From Tepidisphaera sp. (GTDB lineage: Bacteria > Planctomycetota > Phycisphaerae > Phycisphaerales > UBA1924): DNA of 64,000 nt. The translations under genes were made by a program, and so were the position numbers. Positions 28,545 to 37,234 of the stretch are shown in pieces; position 1 is the first letter of the stretch, and every line of letters starts with the position of its first letter. The notes below the pieces were generated by a model. It worked only from the letters and a program-made list of their open reading frames with translations. It did no database searches and had not been told where the DNA came from. The stretch covers positions 2,112,001 through 2,176,000 of the forward strand of contig CP051526.1 of NCBI GenBank assembly GCA_050916045.1. The letters are read 5' to 3'.

Positions 28545-29414
28545 TTATCCGATGGGGATGCGAGCCGTCGGCGCATCCGGCTGAGCGATCGTCATCTCGT
28601 ACCCCGCTCCCGCGTGCTCCATCGCCGCACGCTCGGGCGTGTTGCACTGCCGCGAAAGATGGAGGAGCACGACGTGTTTGGACGGCGCGACGCGGCGGGC
28701 AAGCTCGGCCGACTGCTGGTTCGAAAGGTGCCCGGTGCCGCCCATGACCCGCCGCTTGAGAAACTCCGGCCGGTCGGACTCTCGCTCCATCACGGGGCAG
28801 TAATTGCTCTCGATCGCGAGGACATCCACGCCCGCGAGATGCTTGGCAAGATCATCCGTCGGCCGCCCGACATCCGTCGCCCAGCCGAGATGCCGCGGCT
28901 TGCCGCCGGCACCGACGACGAACCGGAAGCTCGCCGAGCCAAGCTCATCGTGCGGCGCGATATGGGCTCTCGCGTGCACCCCGGGGACCGGCTCGAACAT
29001 GTCCGTAAATGGAAGGGTGCGGCGGTGCAGAAGCCCCTGACGGTCCGCCCGGCCCACATGCCGGCGGTGCATGTAAAGCGGCACTTCACGCGGCAGCAAT
29101 GCGTCCGCTTCGCGCGTCCCCTGGCACCACGGTGGAGAGAGATGATCCGTGTCCAGATGCGTCACGACCGCCGCGACGATCGGTACGTCCGCGAGGCCCG
29201 CTTCAAGCAAAAGCCGCTTGCAACGCCTCGGCGACACACCCAGATCGATGAGCACCATCCGCGGCCCCTCGCTCGTCTCAAGCACCAGCGCCGAACAGTT
29301 GCCCCCCGAGCTGCTCGCGAGCACCACCACCGCCGCCGACTGGATCGCCGCCCGCGACGAAACCGCCGGAAAGAGCACCGGATCGGGCATCGGGATGAAG
29401 AGGTTTCCTTGCAT
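28545..29414 (-). CDS. MBL-fold metallo-hydrolase (YycJ/WalJ-like)
   Basis: LASSSGGNC, LIDLG, THLDTDH, PHD, ATDVG, AIESNY, GHLSN, LLHLS..CNTP. Start 29414 or 29390. Confidence 0.85.
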   Translation of the reverse strand: MQGNLFIPMPDPVLFPAVSSRAAIQSAAVVVLASSSGGNCSALVLETSEGPRMVLIDLGVSPRRCKRLLLEAGLADVPIVAAVVTHLDTDHLSPPWCQGTREADALLPREVPLYMHRRHVGRADRQGLLHRRTLPFTDMFEPVPGVHARAHIAPHDELGSASFRFVVGAGGKPRHLGWATDVGRPTDDLAKHLAGVDVLAIESNYCPVMERESDRPEFLKRRVMGGTGHLSNQQSAELARRVAPSKHVVLLHLSRQCNTPERAAMEHAGAGYEMTIAQPDAPTARIPIG

Positions 29415-29442
29415 GCAGCTGAAGACACAGGATAACACGCCG

Positions 29443-30747
29443 ATGCTCACGACGGATGACGTGGCTCCCGGCCTCGTCGCCGCCGACCCGGCTTTGCTCG
29501 CGTCGAACCTTCCGGAGGAAATCCCCCTGACTCGCGCTGCGGGCTCTGAACGAGCGCTAAACTTTGAGGTGAACCACCCTGTCCCCCACTTCTTCGAGTT
29601 GACTCCCGAAACCCTCGCCGCTTGGTGCGACAAGGAGGGGATCGGCGGCGGCCGCAAGTTCGTCGCCCACCAGATCATGGAGTGGGTCTACCAGAAGGGC
29701 ATCATCGAGCCCGAGAAGATGTCCAATCTCTCCAAGCTCGACCGCCAGAAGCTCGCCGAGAAGATGACCTTCCTCTCGGGCAAGACCGTTCAGCATCAGA
29801 AAGCCTCGGACGGCGTGCAGAAGCTGCTCATCGAGTGGGACCAGGGCAACCGGGCCCTCACCGAGCAGGCCGCGCAGGAAGCCGAAGCCGGCTCCATCAG
29901 CTTGCCGATGGCCAAGGTCTCCGGGGCTTCCTCCGCGCTCCAGACCGAATGCGTCATGATCCCCGTCGACGACCGCAAGACCGCGTGCATCTCCTCGCAG
30001 GTCGGCTGCCCCGTCGGCTGCAAGTTCTGTGCAAGCGGGATTGGCGGCCTCGACGGCAACCTCTCAACCGGCCGCATCGTGGAGCAGGTCTGGCGTCTTG
30101 GCCAACTCCCCGGCATCGAGCGTATCTCCAACATCGTCTTCATGGGTATGGGTGAGCCGCTCTCGAACTTTTCGGCGGTCACGGGCGCGATCCGCATCCT
30201 GGCTTCGCTCTGGGCGACGGGCATCTCCGCTCGCAAGATCACGATCTCGACGGTCGGCCTGCCGAAAGCGATCACCCGCCTCGCGGAGGAGTTCGAGCTC
30301 CCCGTGACCCTTGCCCTGTCGCTCCACGCTCCCAACGACGACATCCGCCGCCAGCTCATCCCGTGGGCGGAGTACACGACCATCGCGGACCTGCTGGACG
30401 CCTGCCAGAAGTGGTTCGACAAGACCGGCCGCGAGATCACGCTCGAGTACACCCTGCTCCACAACGTCAACGACCGACCCAAGCACGCCAAGGAACTCGC
30501 GAGCATCGCCAAGACGCTCCGCGCCAACGTCAACCTCATCCGGTACAACGAGGTGGCGGGGATGCCCTTTGAGCGGCCGCGCGACGCAAACGTCCTCGAG
30601 TTCCAGAAGATCCTCAAGGATTCGCAGATCAACGTCCACATCCGCGCCAGCCGCGGGCGCGACATCAAAGCCGCGTGCGGCCAGCTCCGACACGAATCCG
30701 TGAAAGCCGGCGCGAACACCGCCGCGGGAGCGGGCACGCCCGGATGA
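29443..30747 (+). CDS. rlmN: Dual-specificity 23S rRNA/tRNA m2A methyltransferase (radical SAM)
   Basis: CISSQVGCPVGCKFC, FMGMGEPL, LSLHAP, LEYTLL, RGRDIKAACGQL. Confidence 0.95.
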   Translation: MLTTDDVAPGLVAADPALLASNLPEEIPLTRAAGSERALNFEVNHPVPHFFELTPETLAAWCDKEGIGGGRKFVAHQIMEWVYQKGIIEPEKMSNLSKLDRQKLAEKMTFLSGKTVQHQKASDGVQKLLIEWDQGNRALTEQAAQEAEAGSISLPMAKVSGASSALQTECVMIPVDDRKTACISSQVGCPVGCKFCASGIGGLDGNLSTGRIVEQVWRLGQLPGIERISNIVFMGMGEPLSNFSAVTGAIRILASLWATGISARKITISTVGLPKAITRLAEEFELPVTLALSLHAPNDDIRRQLIPWAEYTTIADLLDACQKWFDKTGREITLEYTLLHNVNDRPKHAKELASIAKTLRANVNLIRYNEVAGMPFERPRDANVLEFQKILKDSQINVHIRASRGRDIKAACGQLRHESVKAGANTAAGAGTPG

Positions 30748-31541
30748 TCACGCTCGCGTCCACCCCGTCGACCCAGCCGGCCTGGTACGAGGTCGCGGCG
30801 GCGTTCACGATGATCCATGTCGCGGCGCTTTCGCTGTTCATCCCGATGATCGCGGCCTCGTCGCTGCTGGGCTGCCGCTGGCGCGGCACGCCGCGTGAGG
30901 TGCTCTTCCGGCGGACCTGGGCGATCAGCATCCTGCTCTTCCTCGGCGGGACGAGCGTGTACTACGTGCTGCCGGGCAATTACGTGCCCGGGTGGTCGCT
31001 CCCGATTCACGTTTGCGACGTGATGGGGTTTGTCTCGTGTCTGGCGCTGCTGCTGCCGTTCCGATGGCTGAAGACGACGACGGTCTTCCTGGGCCTTGCG
31101 CTCTGCACGCAAGCGTTCATCACGCCGGTGGTGAAGGTCGGGCCGATCTACCTGCACTTCTGGTATTTCTGGCTGGGGCATGTCGCGATCGTGGGCGGGG
31201 CGATCTACATCATCGTGGTGGATCGGTACCGGCCGACACTCGCGGATCTCGGCGTCGCGTGGCTGACGCTTTCGGCGTACGTGGGCTGGGTGCTGCCGCT
31301 GGATATCTCCGAGGGATGGAACTATGGGTTCGTCGGCAACCCGCCTCCGCGCCCGGACGAACCGCCGACGATCGTGGAGCACCTTGGACCGTGGCCGCAG
31401 CGGGTCTATTGGCTGGGCGTGCTGGGGTGCGGCGCGATGGGGCTGGTGTACCTTGGGTTCCAGGTGCCCGGATGGGTCGCCCGGCTCCGAGGCCCTCGGG
31501 CTGAGGATCGCGGCCCTGCCGAAGCGCCGCCGACGCTGTAG
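30744..31541 (+). CDS. YwaF/TIGR02206-like integral membrane protein
   Basis: LPIHVCD, QAFITP, FWLGH, NYGF, LGPWP. ATGA overlap with the rlmN stop. Confidence 0.8.
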   Translation: MITLASTPSTQPAWYEVAAAFTMIHVAALSLFIPMIAASSLLGCRWRGTPREVLFRRTWAISILLFLGGTSVYYVLPGNYVPGWSLPIHVCDVMGFVSCLALLLPFRWLKTTTVFLGLALCTQAFITPVVKVGPIYLHFWYFWLGHVAIVGGAIYIIVVDRYRPTLADLGVAWLTLSAYVGWVLPLDISEGWNYGFVGNPPPRPDEPPTIVEHLGPWPQRVYWLGVLGCGAMGLVYLGFQVPGWVARLRGPRAEDRGPAEAPPTL

Positions 31542-31550
31542 ACTCCGCCC

Positions 31551-32711
31551 ATGACGTTTCTCTGCCTTGGGCTCATCGCCCTGGCCTTTGTCATCTCGGC
31601 GCCCGCGACCTGGCTTGCCCGCGAGATCGGTCGCAAGCTCGGTGCCCTCGATTCACCTGGAAGCCCGGGGCATGTCAAGATTCTCCGGCCGGTCCCGAAC
31701 ACCGGCGGCTTTGCGATCTTTGCGGGGCTTGCCTTGCCGCTGGCCGCCGGCCTCGCGGCGGCGCACTGGGTGCCGAGTTCATCCTGGCCGGCGGAAGCGG
31801 CGGCGCACCTCCCCGGGATGCAAGCCAAGACGCCCCTAGGGCTTCTCTTCCTCGGGTGCCTGCTGGTGCTTCACCTCGCGGGCGCGGTGGATGACCGCCG
31901 CGCCATGCCGCCGGGGATCAAAGCCGGGATCATGCTGGCGGCCGCCCTTGCCATCACGCTCTTTGGCGACGGCACGCGGCTGGTCACGATGCTCGATGCG
32001 CAGGTGGGCGGGCCGTGGCTGAGCATCCTCATCACGGTGCTCTGGATCGTGGGCGTGACCAACGCGATGAACTTCATCGACAACATGGACGGGCTTTCGG
32101 GGGGCGTGGGCGCGATCGCGGCGGGGTGTTTCCTCGCGGCGGCGCTGCTCCACGGGCAATGGTTCGTCGCGGGGTGTCTGGCGCTGCTCATCGGGTCCTT
32201 GCTCGGGTTTCTCCTCTTCAACGCTCCGAAGTCCGCCGAGAAAGGAGCGAGCATCTTCATGGGCGACTCGGGGTCGCTGGTGCTCGGGTTCACGCTCGCG
32301 TTTCTGACGGTGCGCACGACGTACGTCGCCGAGCCCGGCTCGACGACCGTGGAAGGGATGCCGATCCCCGCCGGCGGGTGGTACGGCGTCTTCATGCCCA
32401 TCGTCGTGCTCGCGGTGCCGCTCTACGACATCCTCTCCGTCACGATCATCCGCCTGCGGATGGGCAAAAGCCCGCTGGTCGCAAGCCCGCACCACATCTC
32501 GCACCGCCTGGTCTCCTACGGCCTCTCCAAACGCGATGCGGTCGTCGTGATCTGGGGCCTCACGGCGATCACGGGCCTGATGGGCGTCATGCTCGGAAGC
32601 CTGGCACCGTGGCAAGCCGTCCTCGCCGGGGGTCAGACGATCCTGATCTTCCTCGTGCTGGCGGTCTTTGAGACCAAGCTCGCGGGCCGCGGGCGACTTC
32701 CGCCGCTCTAG
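31551..32711 (+). CDS. WecA/TagO-like undecaprenyl-phosphate GlcNAc-1-phosphate transferase (MraY/GT4 family)
   Basis: PNTGG, GAVDD, NAMNFIDNMDGL, IFMGDSGS, HHISHRL. Many TM segments. Confidence 0.9.
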   Translation: MTFLCLGLIALAFVISAPATWLAREIGRKLGALDSPGSPGHVKILRPVPNTGGFAIFAGLALPLAAGLAAAHWVPSSSWPAEAAAHLPGMQAKTPLGLLFLGCLLVLHLAGAVDDRRAMPPGIKAGIMLAAALAITLFGDGTRLVTMLDAQVGGPWLSILITVLWIVGVTNAMNFIDNMDGLSGGVGAIAAGCFLAAALLHGQWFVAGCLALLIGSLLGFLLFNAPKSAEKGASIFMGDSGSLVLGFTLAFLTVRTTYVAEPGSTTVEGMPIPAGGWYGVFMPIVVLAVPLYDILSVTIIRLRMGKSPLVASPHHISHRLVSYGLSKRDAVVVIWGLTAITGLMGVMLGSLAPWQAVLAGGQTILIFLVLAVFETKLAGRGRLPPL

Positions 32712-32731
32712 CCCCCCCGCTATAACTCGCC

Positions 32732-33730
32732 ATGCAACGCCTGCGTGTCATCGACTCCCACACCGAGGGTGAGCCCACCCGCATCATCATCGACGGTGGC
32801 CCCGACCTCACCCAGGGGGCCTCGGGCGTCTCCGCCGCCGCTCAGCGCGAGGTCTTTCGCGCCAGGTTCGACCAGATCCGGCAAGCGGTCGTCCGCGAGC
32901 CGCGCGGAGCGGACTTTCTCGTCGGCGCGATGATCGTCCCGGCCTCCTCGGAACGCTGCGTCTGCGGCGTCATCTTCTTCAACAACGTCGGCTTCCTCAA
33001 CGGCTGCGGGCACGGCACCATCGGCCTGGCCGCGACCCTCCGCCACCTCGGCAAACTCGACGGCATCGACGGCTCCTTCGCGGTCGAGACCCCCGTCGGC
33101 GAGGTCGGCGTGAAAGCCGAGCCGGACGGGTCCTTCACCATCACCAACGTCCCCTCGTTCCGCTCGGCCAAGGATGTTGCCGTCACGATCAAGTGGCGGG
33201 GCGAATTCATCAGGGTCGTCGGCGACGTCGCGTGGGGCGGCAACTGGTTCTATCTCGTCAAGAACCACGGGCAGGAGATCAGTTCCGGCAACATCCTCGC
33301 CCTCACGGAGTTCGCCTCCGCTGTTCGCGAAGCCCTCGATCAAGCCGACATCCGCGGGAAGTTCCCCCCCGCGCCCGACGGCAGCGAGGGCGCGACCGGC
33401 ATCATCGACCACATCGAGCTCTTCGGCCCGCCCACGCGTCAGGACTGCCGGAGCAAGAACTTTGTCCTCTGCCCGGGCCGCGAGTATGACCGCTCACCCT
33501 GCGGCACCGGCACCAGCGCCAAGGTCGCCTGCCTCGCCGCCGAGGGCCTGCTCCGCGCGGGCGAATCCTGGGGACAGGAGAGCATCATCGGCAGCAAGTT
33601 CACCGCCAGGTACGCCCTCTCCGTCGCCGGCCCCGGCGTGATCCCGATGATCACCGGCCACGCCCACATCACGGCCGAAAGCACGCTCATCCTGAGCGAC
33701 GCGGACCCGTTCCGCTACGGGATCTCCTGA
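32732..33730 (+). CDS. Proline racemase / 4-hydroxyproline epimerase family protein
   Basis: IDSHTEGEPTR, REPRG, GCGHGTIG and DRSPCGTGTSA, giving a Cys/Cys catalytic pair. Confidence 0.9.
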   Translation: MQRLRVIDSHTEGEPTRIIIDGGPDLTQGASGVSAAAQREVFRARFDQIRQAVVREPRGADFLVGAMIVPASSERCVCGVIFFNNVGFLNGCGHGTIGLAATLRHLGKLDGIDGSFAVETPVGEVGVKAEPDGSFTITNVPSFRSAKDVAVTIKWRGEFIRVVGDVAWGGNWFYLVKNHGQEISSGNILALTEFASAVREALDQADIRGKFPPAPDGSEGATGIIDHIELFGPPTRQDCRSKNFVLCPGREYDRSPCGTGTSAKVACLAAEGLLRAGESWGQESIIGSKFTARYALSVAGPGVIPMITGHAHITAESTLILSDADPFRYGIS

Positions 33731-33731
33731 C

Positions 33732-34487
33732 ATGACCGAGCCGGCGCAGGAGCCATCGCTTGCGGGCCGCGAAGAAGCCCATCTCCGCGAGATCGCGGTG
33801 CGTTGCGAGCGACTTTCCTCCTCGCGCTGGATCGACCTCGCCCCCGCGATCCTCGCCGGCGCGTTCTGCGGGATGTCGGCGTTCATGCTCTTCATGCCGA
33901 TGGTGTACCGGTCGCTGGCGCAGATGCCCGCGGCCCCCGGAGAGAACTGGCTCATCGATTCGGCCCGGGCCCTGCAGTGGACCGCCCGCGTCTGGACCAT
34001 CCTGGGCCTGATCGCCCTGATCTTCGTTGGTCCCAGGATCGCCCGCTGGATAGCGGATTGGCGGCTCAAAAGCACGACCCTTCCCGAGCTTCGCAGGTGG
34101 CGGAAGGTGCGCCGTCGAAAGAGCCCGCGGTGGCTCTGGCCGGCTTTGTCCATCCCGATCCTCGCCGTTTACCTGATTGCGCCGTGGCAGGTCTCCGCGC
34201 TCATCACCGCCAAGGTGCTCGCGGATGCGGCGGGCGTCACGATCGCTCTTGCGTGGTTCGGCAGGGTCGGCAACACGCTCGTCTGCGCTCGCTGCGACTA
34301 CGCGATGTCCTCGTGGTTCGGAGCACCCGACAAGTGCTCGGAGTGCGGCAACGACTGGAAAGCCCCGTGGGGCGCACGCCTGGGCATCCGCACCGTCCGC
34401 TGGTGGTGGGTCGGGATCGGCGCGGGGATGCTCACCCTCTCGCTGGGGCTGATCTTCATCTTCCTGCGGTGGATCATCAACCGCTGA
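33732..34487 (+). CDS. Hypothetical membrane protein with a zinc-ribbon-like motif
   Basis: About five hydrophobic segments. CARC..CSECG. Confidence 0.65.
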   Translation: MTEPAQEPSLAGREEAHLREIAVRCERLSSSRWIDLAPAILAGAFCGMSAFMLFMPMVYRSLAQMPAAPGENWLIDSARALQWTARVWTILGLIALIFVGPRIARWIADWRLKSTTLPELRRWRKVRRRKSPRWLWPALSIPILAVYLIAPWQVSALITAKVLADAAGVTIALAWFGRVGNTLVCARCDYAMSSWFGAPDKCSECGNDWKAPWGARLGIRTVRWWWVGIGAGMLTLSLGLIFIFLRWIINR

Positions 34488-34504
34488 TCACCTTCCAAGG
34501 GGCC

Positions 34505-35347
34505 TTAGAACCGGTGCAGCGCCGACTTGGCCTCCGGCGGCTTGACGTTCAGAATCGCCCGGGCGAGCGTGAGATCCTCCGGCGTCGTGATCTTGATGTT
34601 CCTCGGATCCCCCGGGCAGATCGCGACGCGCTCACCCCCACCCGCCAGGCCCAGCCGCTCCACCAGCCCCGCATCGTCCGTGCTCGACAGGTCCTTCTGC
34701 GCGTACGCCCGACGCAGCAGCTCGGCCCGGAAGACCTGCGGCGTCTGCACCAGGACCAGGCTCGACCGATCCAGCGTTTCTTCCACCACGCTCAGCTTCT
34801 CGCCCGACTTGGGCGAAGCCCCCAGGATCGCCGCGATCGGATCATCATCCACCGCCCGAGGCTCATCCGTCACCCGCACGCGCTTGACCGTGTCCGCGCA
34901 CGCCACCGCCGGGATCACCGCCGCGTGCGTCCGGGCCATCTCGACCACCGACTCCAGCAGCCGGGGATCCAGGCACGGCCGGGCCGCATCGTGCACCGCG
35001 ATGTGCGTCGCCGAAGCCGGGACCGCCGCCAGCGCCGCCGCGACCGACTCGTACCGGTGCGTCTTCCCGCCCCGCACGATCACCGCTCCAAGCAGCCCCA
35101 GCCGGTCCCCGTGCTTGCGGCGGAACTCCGCGTACGCCTCCTCCTCGTGCGGCCCCGCGATCACGATGTGCTTGACGTCGTCGTGCTTGGAGAAGACCTC
35201 GACGGCCCGGTGCAGCACCGTCTTCCCGCCCAGGTCCTCCTCGAGTTTGTGCCGGCCGATCCCGCCCGTCGCCCCGGACGCGTTCCCGGACGCTTGCGAG
35301 TACCGGGTGGATGCCCCCGCCGCCGCGATGATGACTGCGATCTCCAT
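34505..35347 (-). CDS. ispD: 2-C-methyl-D-erythritol 4-phosphate cytidylyltransferase
   Basis: IIAAAGASTRY, GGKTHRYESV, AVHDAARP, DTVKRV, VQTPQVF, TDDAGLVE, NIKITTPEDL. Confidence 0.92.
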   Translation of the reverse strand: MEIAVIIAAAGASTRYSQASGNASGATGGIGRHKLEEDLGGKTVLHRAVEVFSKHDDVKHIVIAGPHEEEAYAEFRRKHGDRLGLLGAVIVRGGKTHRYESVAAALAAVPASATHIAVHDAARPCLDPRLLESVVEMARTHAAVIPAVACADTVKRVRVTDEPRAVDDDPIAAILGASPKSGEKLSVVEETLDRSSLVLVQTPQVFRAELLRRAYAQKDLSSTDDAGLVERLGLAGGGERVAICPGDPRNIKITTPEDLTLARAILNVKPPEAKSALHRF

Positions 35348-35465
35348 AGCCCGAACCATACCCCCCCACCCCCACCCCCACCCCCACTCCAACGCCCCAA
35401 CGCCCCCACACTTTCCGCCTCCCGAAGCCAGGCCCGGGAGCGATCCCGAGCTTCCACCGGCCCCA

Positions 35466-35675
35466 AACAGCGATGTTTTGCCGCTCAACAACGGTGTTTT
35501 GCTTCGCAAAAAGAGTTTTTGGCATCGCAACAATCGTGTTTTTCGTCGAGGCTGGGACGTTGCGCCGCGCCGCAACGATGTTTTGCCTCGCAACAACGAT
35601 GTTTCGCTTCGCAAAAAGAGTTTTTGGCAGCTCAACAAGAGTGTTTTGCCGCCCAACAACGATGTTCTCGGGGGC
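35466..35675. repeat. Degenerate tandem array of ten 21-bp units, consensus about AACAACGATGTTTTGCCTCGC
   Basis: Units start at 35466, 35487, 35508, 35529, 35550, 35571, 35592, 35613, 35634 and 35655. Units 2-3 recur as units 7-8, giving a 105-bp higher-order period. Confidence 0.9.
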
Positions 35676-35935
35676 ACCGATGCCCCCACCCTGCCCCACC
35701 CTCCCGCAAGGCCCCAAAGGTCCCCCGCTTCCCATTTCCGGGGGAGCCATCTTTCCTCTCCCGCCGCTCGGACTCGGGCCGGGCCCAAAGCCGGGGGATC
35801 CCCTGGTCAGTCTTTGCGCGATATTTGCGTCGTCTCAGGGCCCGGGGAGGGTCGTTCGTCTATGCTTCCTCCCGAGAGACAGGACCCGGCTTTCCGCGCC
35901 GGGCCATACATGTGGCACCCTTTGAGGAGATGATA

Positions 35936-36658
35936 ATGAAGACTGTCGTTTTGTCGTTGGTTGTTGGTACCGCTGCGCTCGCTTCGAGCGCTCAGGCCGA
36001 CCTGATCGCCTATTGGAACTTCAACGCGAGCACCGCCGGTTCCGGCGGCGGCTTGGGCACGGTCGATCAGACCTACCCCTTCGCGGCCAACCAGGGCTCG
36101 GGCTCGATCTACACGAACTTCTCGATCAACACCGTCGCCGGCGCCGCTTCGTCCAACACGGGCGACCTGGGCACCTTCGGCGGCACCCTCACCAACGCGA
36201 TCGCCCCGGACGCCGCGGGCGGCTCCCTCGCCCTCCGCGCTGGCAACGGCGTCAACAGCGGCGTGACCAACAACGGCAAGTACGTTGAGTTCCGCCTCAA
36301 CGCCGGCCTCTTCGCCGACGACATCGTCCTGACCTACGCCTCGCAGCGTTCGGGCACGGGCTTCACCACCCAGCAGTGGCAGTACTCGACCGACGGCGGC
36401 ACGACGTACGTCAACTTCGCCACGGTTTCGGGCATCCCGAGCTCCTTCGGCTCCGTGGTCCAGACCGTTGACTTCTCCGCCGCCGACCTCGGCGGCTACG
36501 CCGACCTCCGCTTCCGCGTGGTCGTCGATGGCGCGACCAACCAGGGCGGCAACAACCGCCTCGACAACATCCAGTTCAACGCCTCCGCCATCCCGACCCC
36601 CGGCGCCCTCGCGCTGCTCGGTCTGGGCGGTCTGGTCGTCGGCCGTCGCCGCCGCTAA
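35936..36658 (+). CDS. Secreted PEP-CTERM-like protein
   Basis: Start MKTVVL with SD GAGGAG. Signal peptide AQA-D. C-terminus IPTPGALALLGLGGLVVGRRRR. Confidence 0.9.
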   Translation: MKTVVLSLVVGTAALASSAQADLIAYWNFNASTAGSGGGLGTVDQTYPFAANQGSGSIYTNFSINTVAGAASSNTGDLGTFGGTLTNAIAPDAAGGSLALRAGNGVNSGVTNNGKYVEFRLNAGLFADDIVLTYASQRSGTGFTTQQWQYSTDGGTTYVNFATVSGIPSSFGSVVQTVDFSAADLGGYADLRFRVVVDGATNQGGNNRLDNIQFNASAIPTPGALALLGLGGLVVGRRRR

Positions 36659-36700
36659 GCGGTGATCGATCCGGTGATCGACCCCTGATTCACACTTCCA

Positions 36701-36740
36701 AAGCCCCCCGGGTCCGCAAAGCCCGGGGGGCTTCGTTTTT
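36701..36740 (+). terminator. Rho-independent terminator
   Basis: AAGCCCCCCGGG...CCCGGGGGGCTT followed by CGTTTTT. Confidence 0.85.
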
Positions 36741-36808
36741 ACCCCCCCACTCCCGCCCCCACTCCCACCCCCGTCCCGCGTCCAGCCCGCCGCGGGTATG
36801 CTGCGGCC

Positions 36809-37144
36809 ATGATGAGCCGCTCCTCCGCGTTCTGGGCACTCCCCACCATCGTGCTCGCCGCCACACTCGGCGGCTGTGAGCCCAAGCTCACCACCGAGAA
36901 GTTCGCCCAGCTCAAGACCGGCATGACCATCGATGAGGTCTTCGCCATCCTCGGCCCCGGCGAGAAGCAGACCGAAGGGCAGGCCGGAGCCGTCGCGGCC
37001 GGGATGATGATGGGCCTCCCCGGCGGCGGCGGAAAGAAAGCCGAGTCCGACCGCGAGTTCTTCACGTGGAAGGAAGACCGCGTCGAGATCGGCATCACCT
37101 TCGAGAAGGGCAAGCTCGTCGACAGGGTTCAACGCGGCCTCTAG
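36809..37144 (+). CDS. Small lipoprotein (SmpA/BamE- or BLIP-like fold)
   Basis: Lipobox LGGC. KFAQLKTGMTIDEVFAILGPG...ITFEKGKL. Confidence 0.75.
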   Translation: MMSRSSAFWALPTIVLAATLGGCEPKLTTEKFAQLKTGMTIDEVFAILGPGEKQTEGQAGAVAAGMMMGLPGGGGKKAESDREFFTWKEDRVEIGITFEKGKLVDRVQRGL

Positions 37145-37168
37145 GCCCCAGTCAGTCTTCCCAACAAG

Positions 37169-37205
37169 AAACGGGCGGCGCCATCGCGCCGCCCGTTTGC
37201 TCTTT
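37169..37205. terminator. Probable bidirectional terminator between convergent genes
   Basis: AAACGGGCGGCGC/GCGCCGCCCGTTT inverted repeat with A and T flanks. Confidence 0.75.
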
Positions 37206-37234
37206 CGTGTCCCGGCCGATGATTTCCGGATCCG

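Noticed and set aside
35466..35675. CRISPR array
   Set aside because: The units are contiguous and degenerate with no unique spacers, and there are no cas genes in the window.
34505..35788. IspD with a long N-terminal repeat extension
   Set aside because: IspD homology begins at MEIAVII (35347), which has a -10-like box 7 nt upstream. The extension is just the stop-free repeat and C-rich tract.
33803..36658. 951-aa ORF read as one protein
   Set aside because: It is the antisense shadow of ispD plus the repeat array, running in frame into the PEP-CTERM gene, which has its own SD and signal peptide at 35936.
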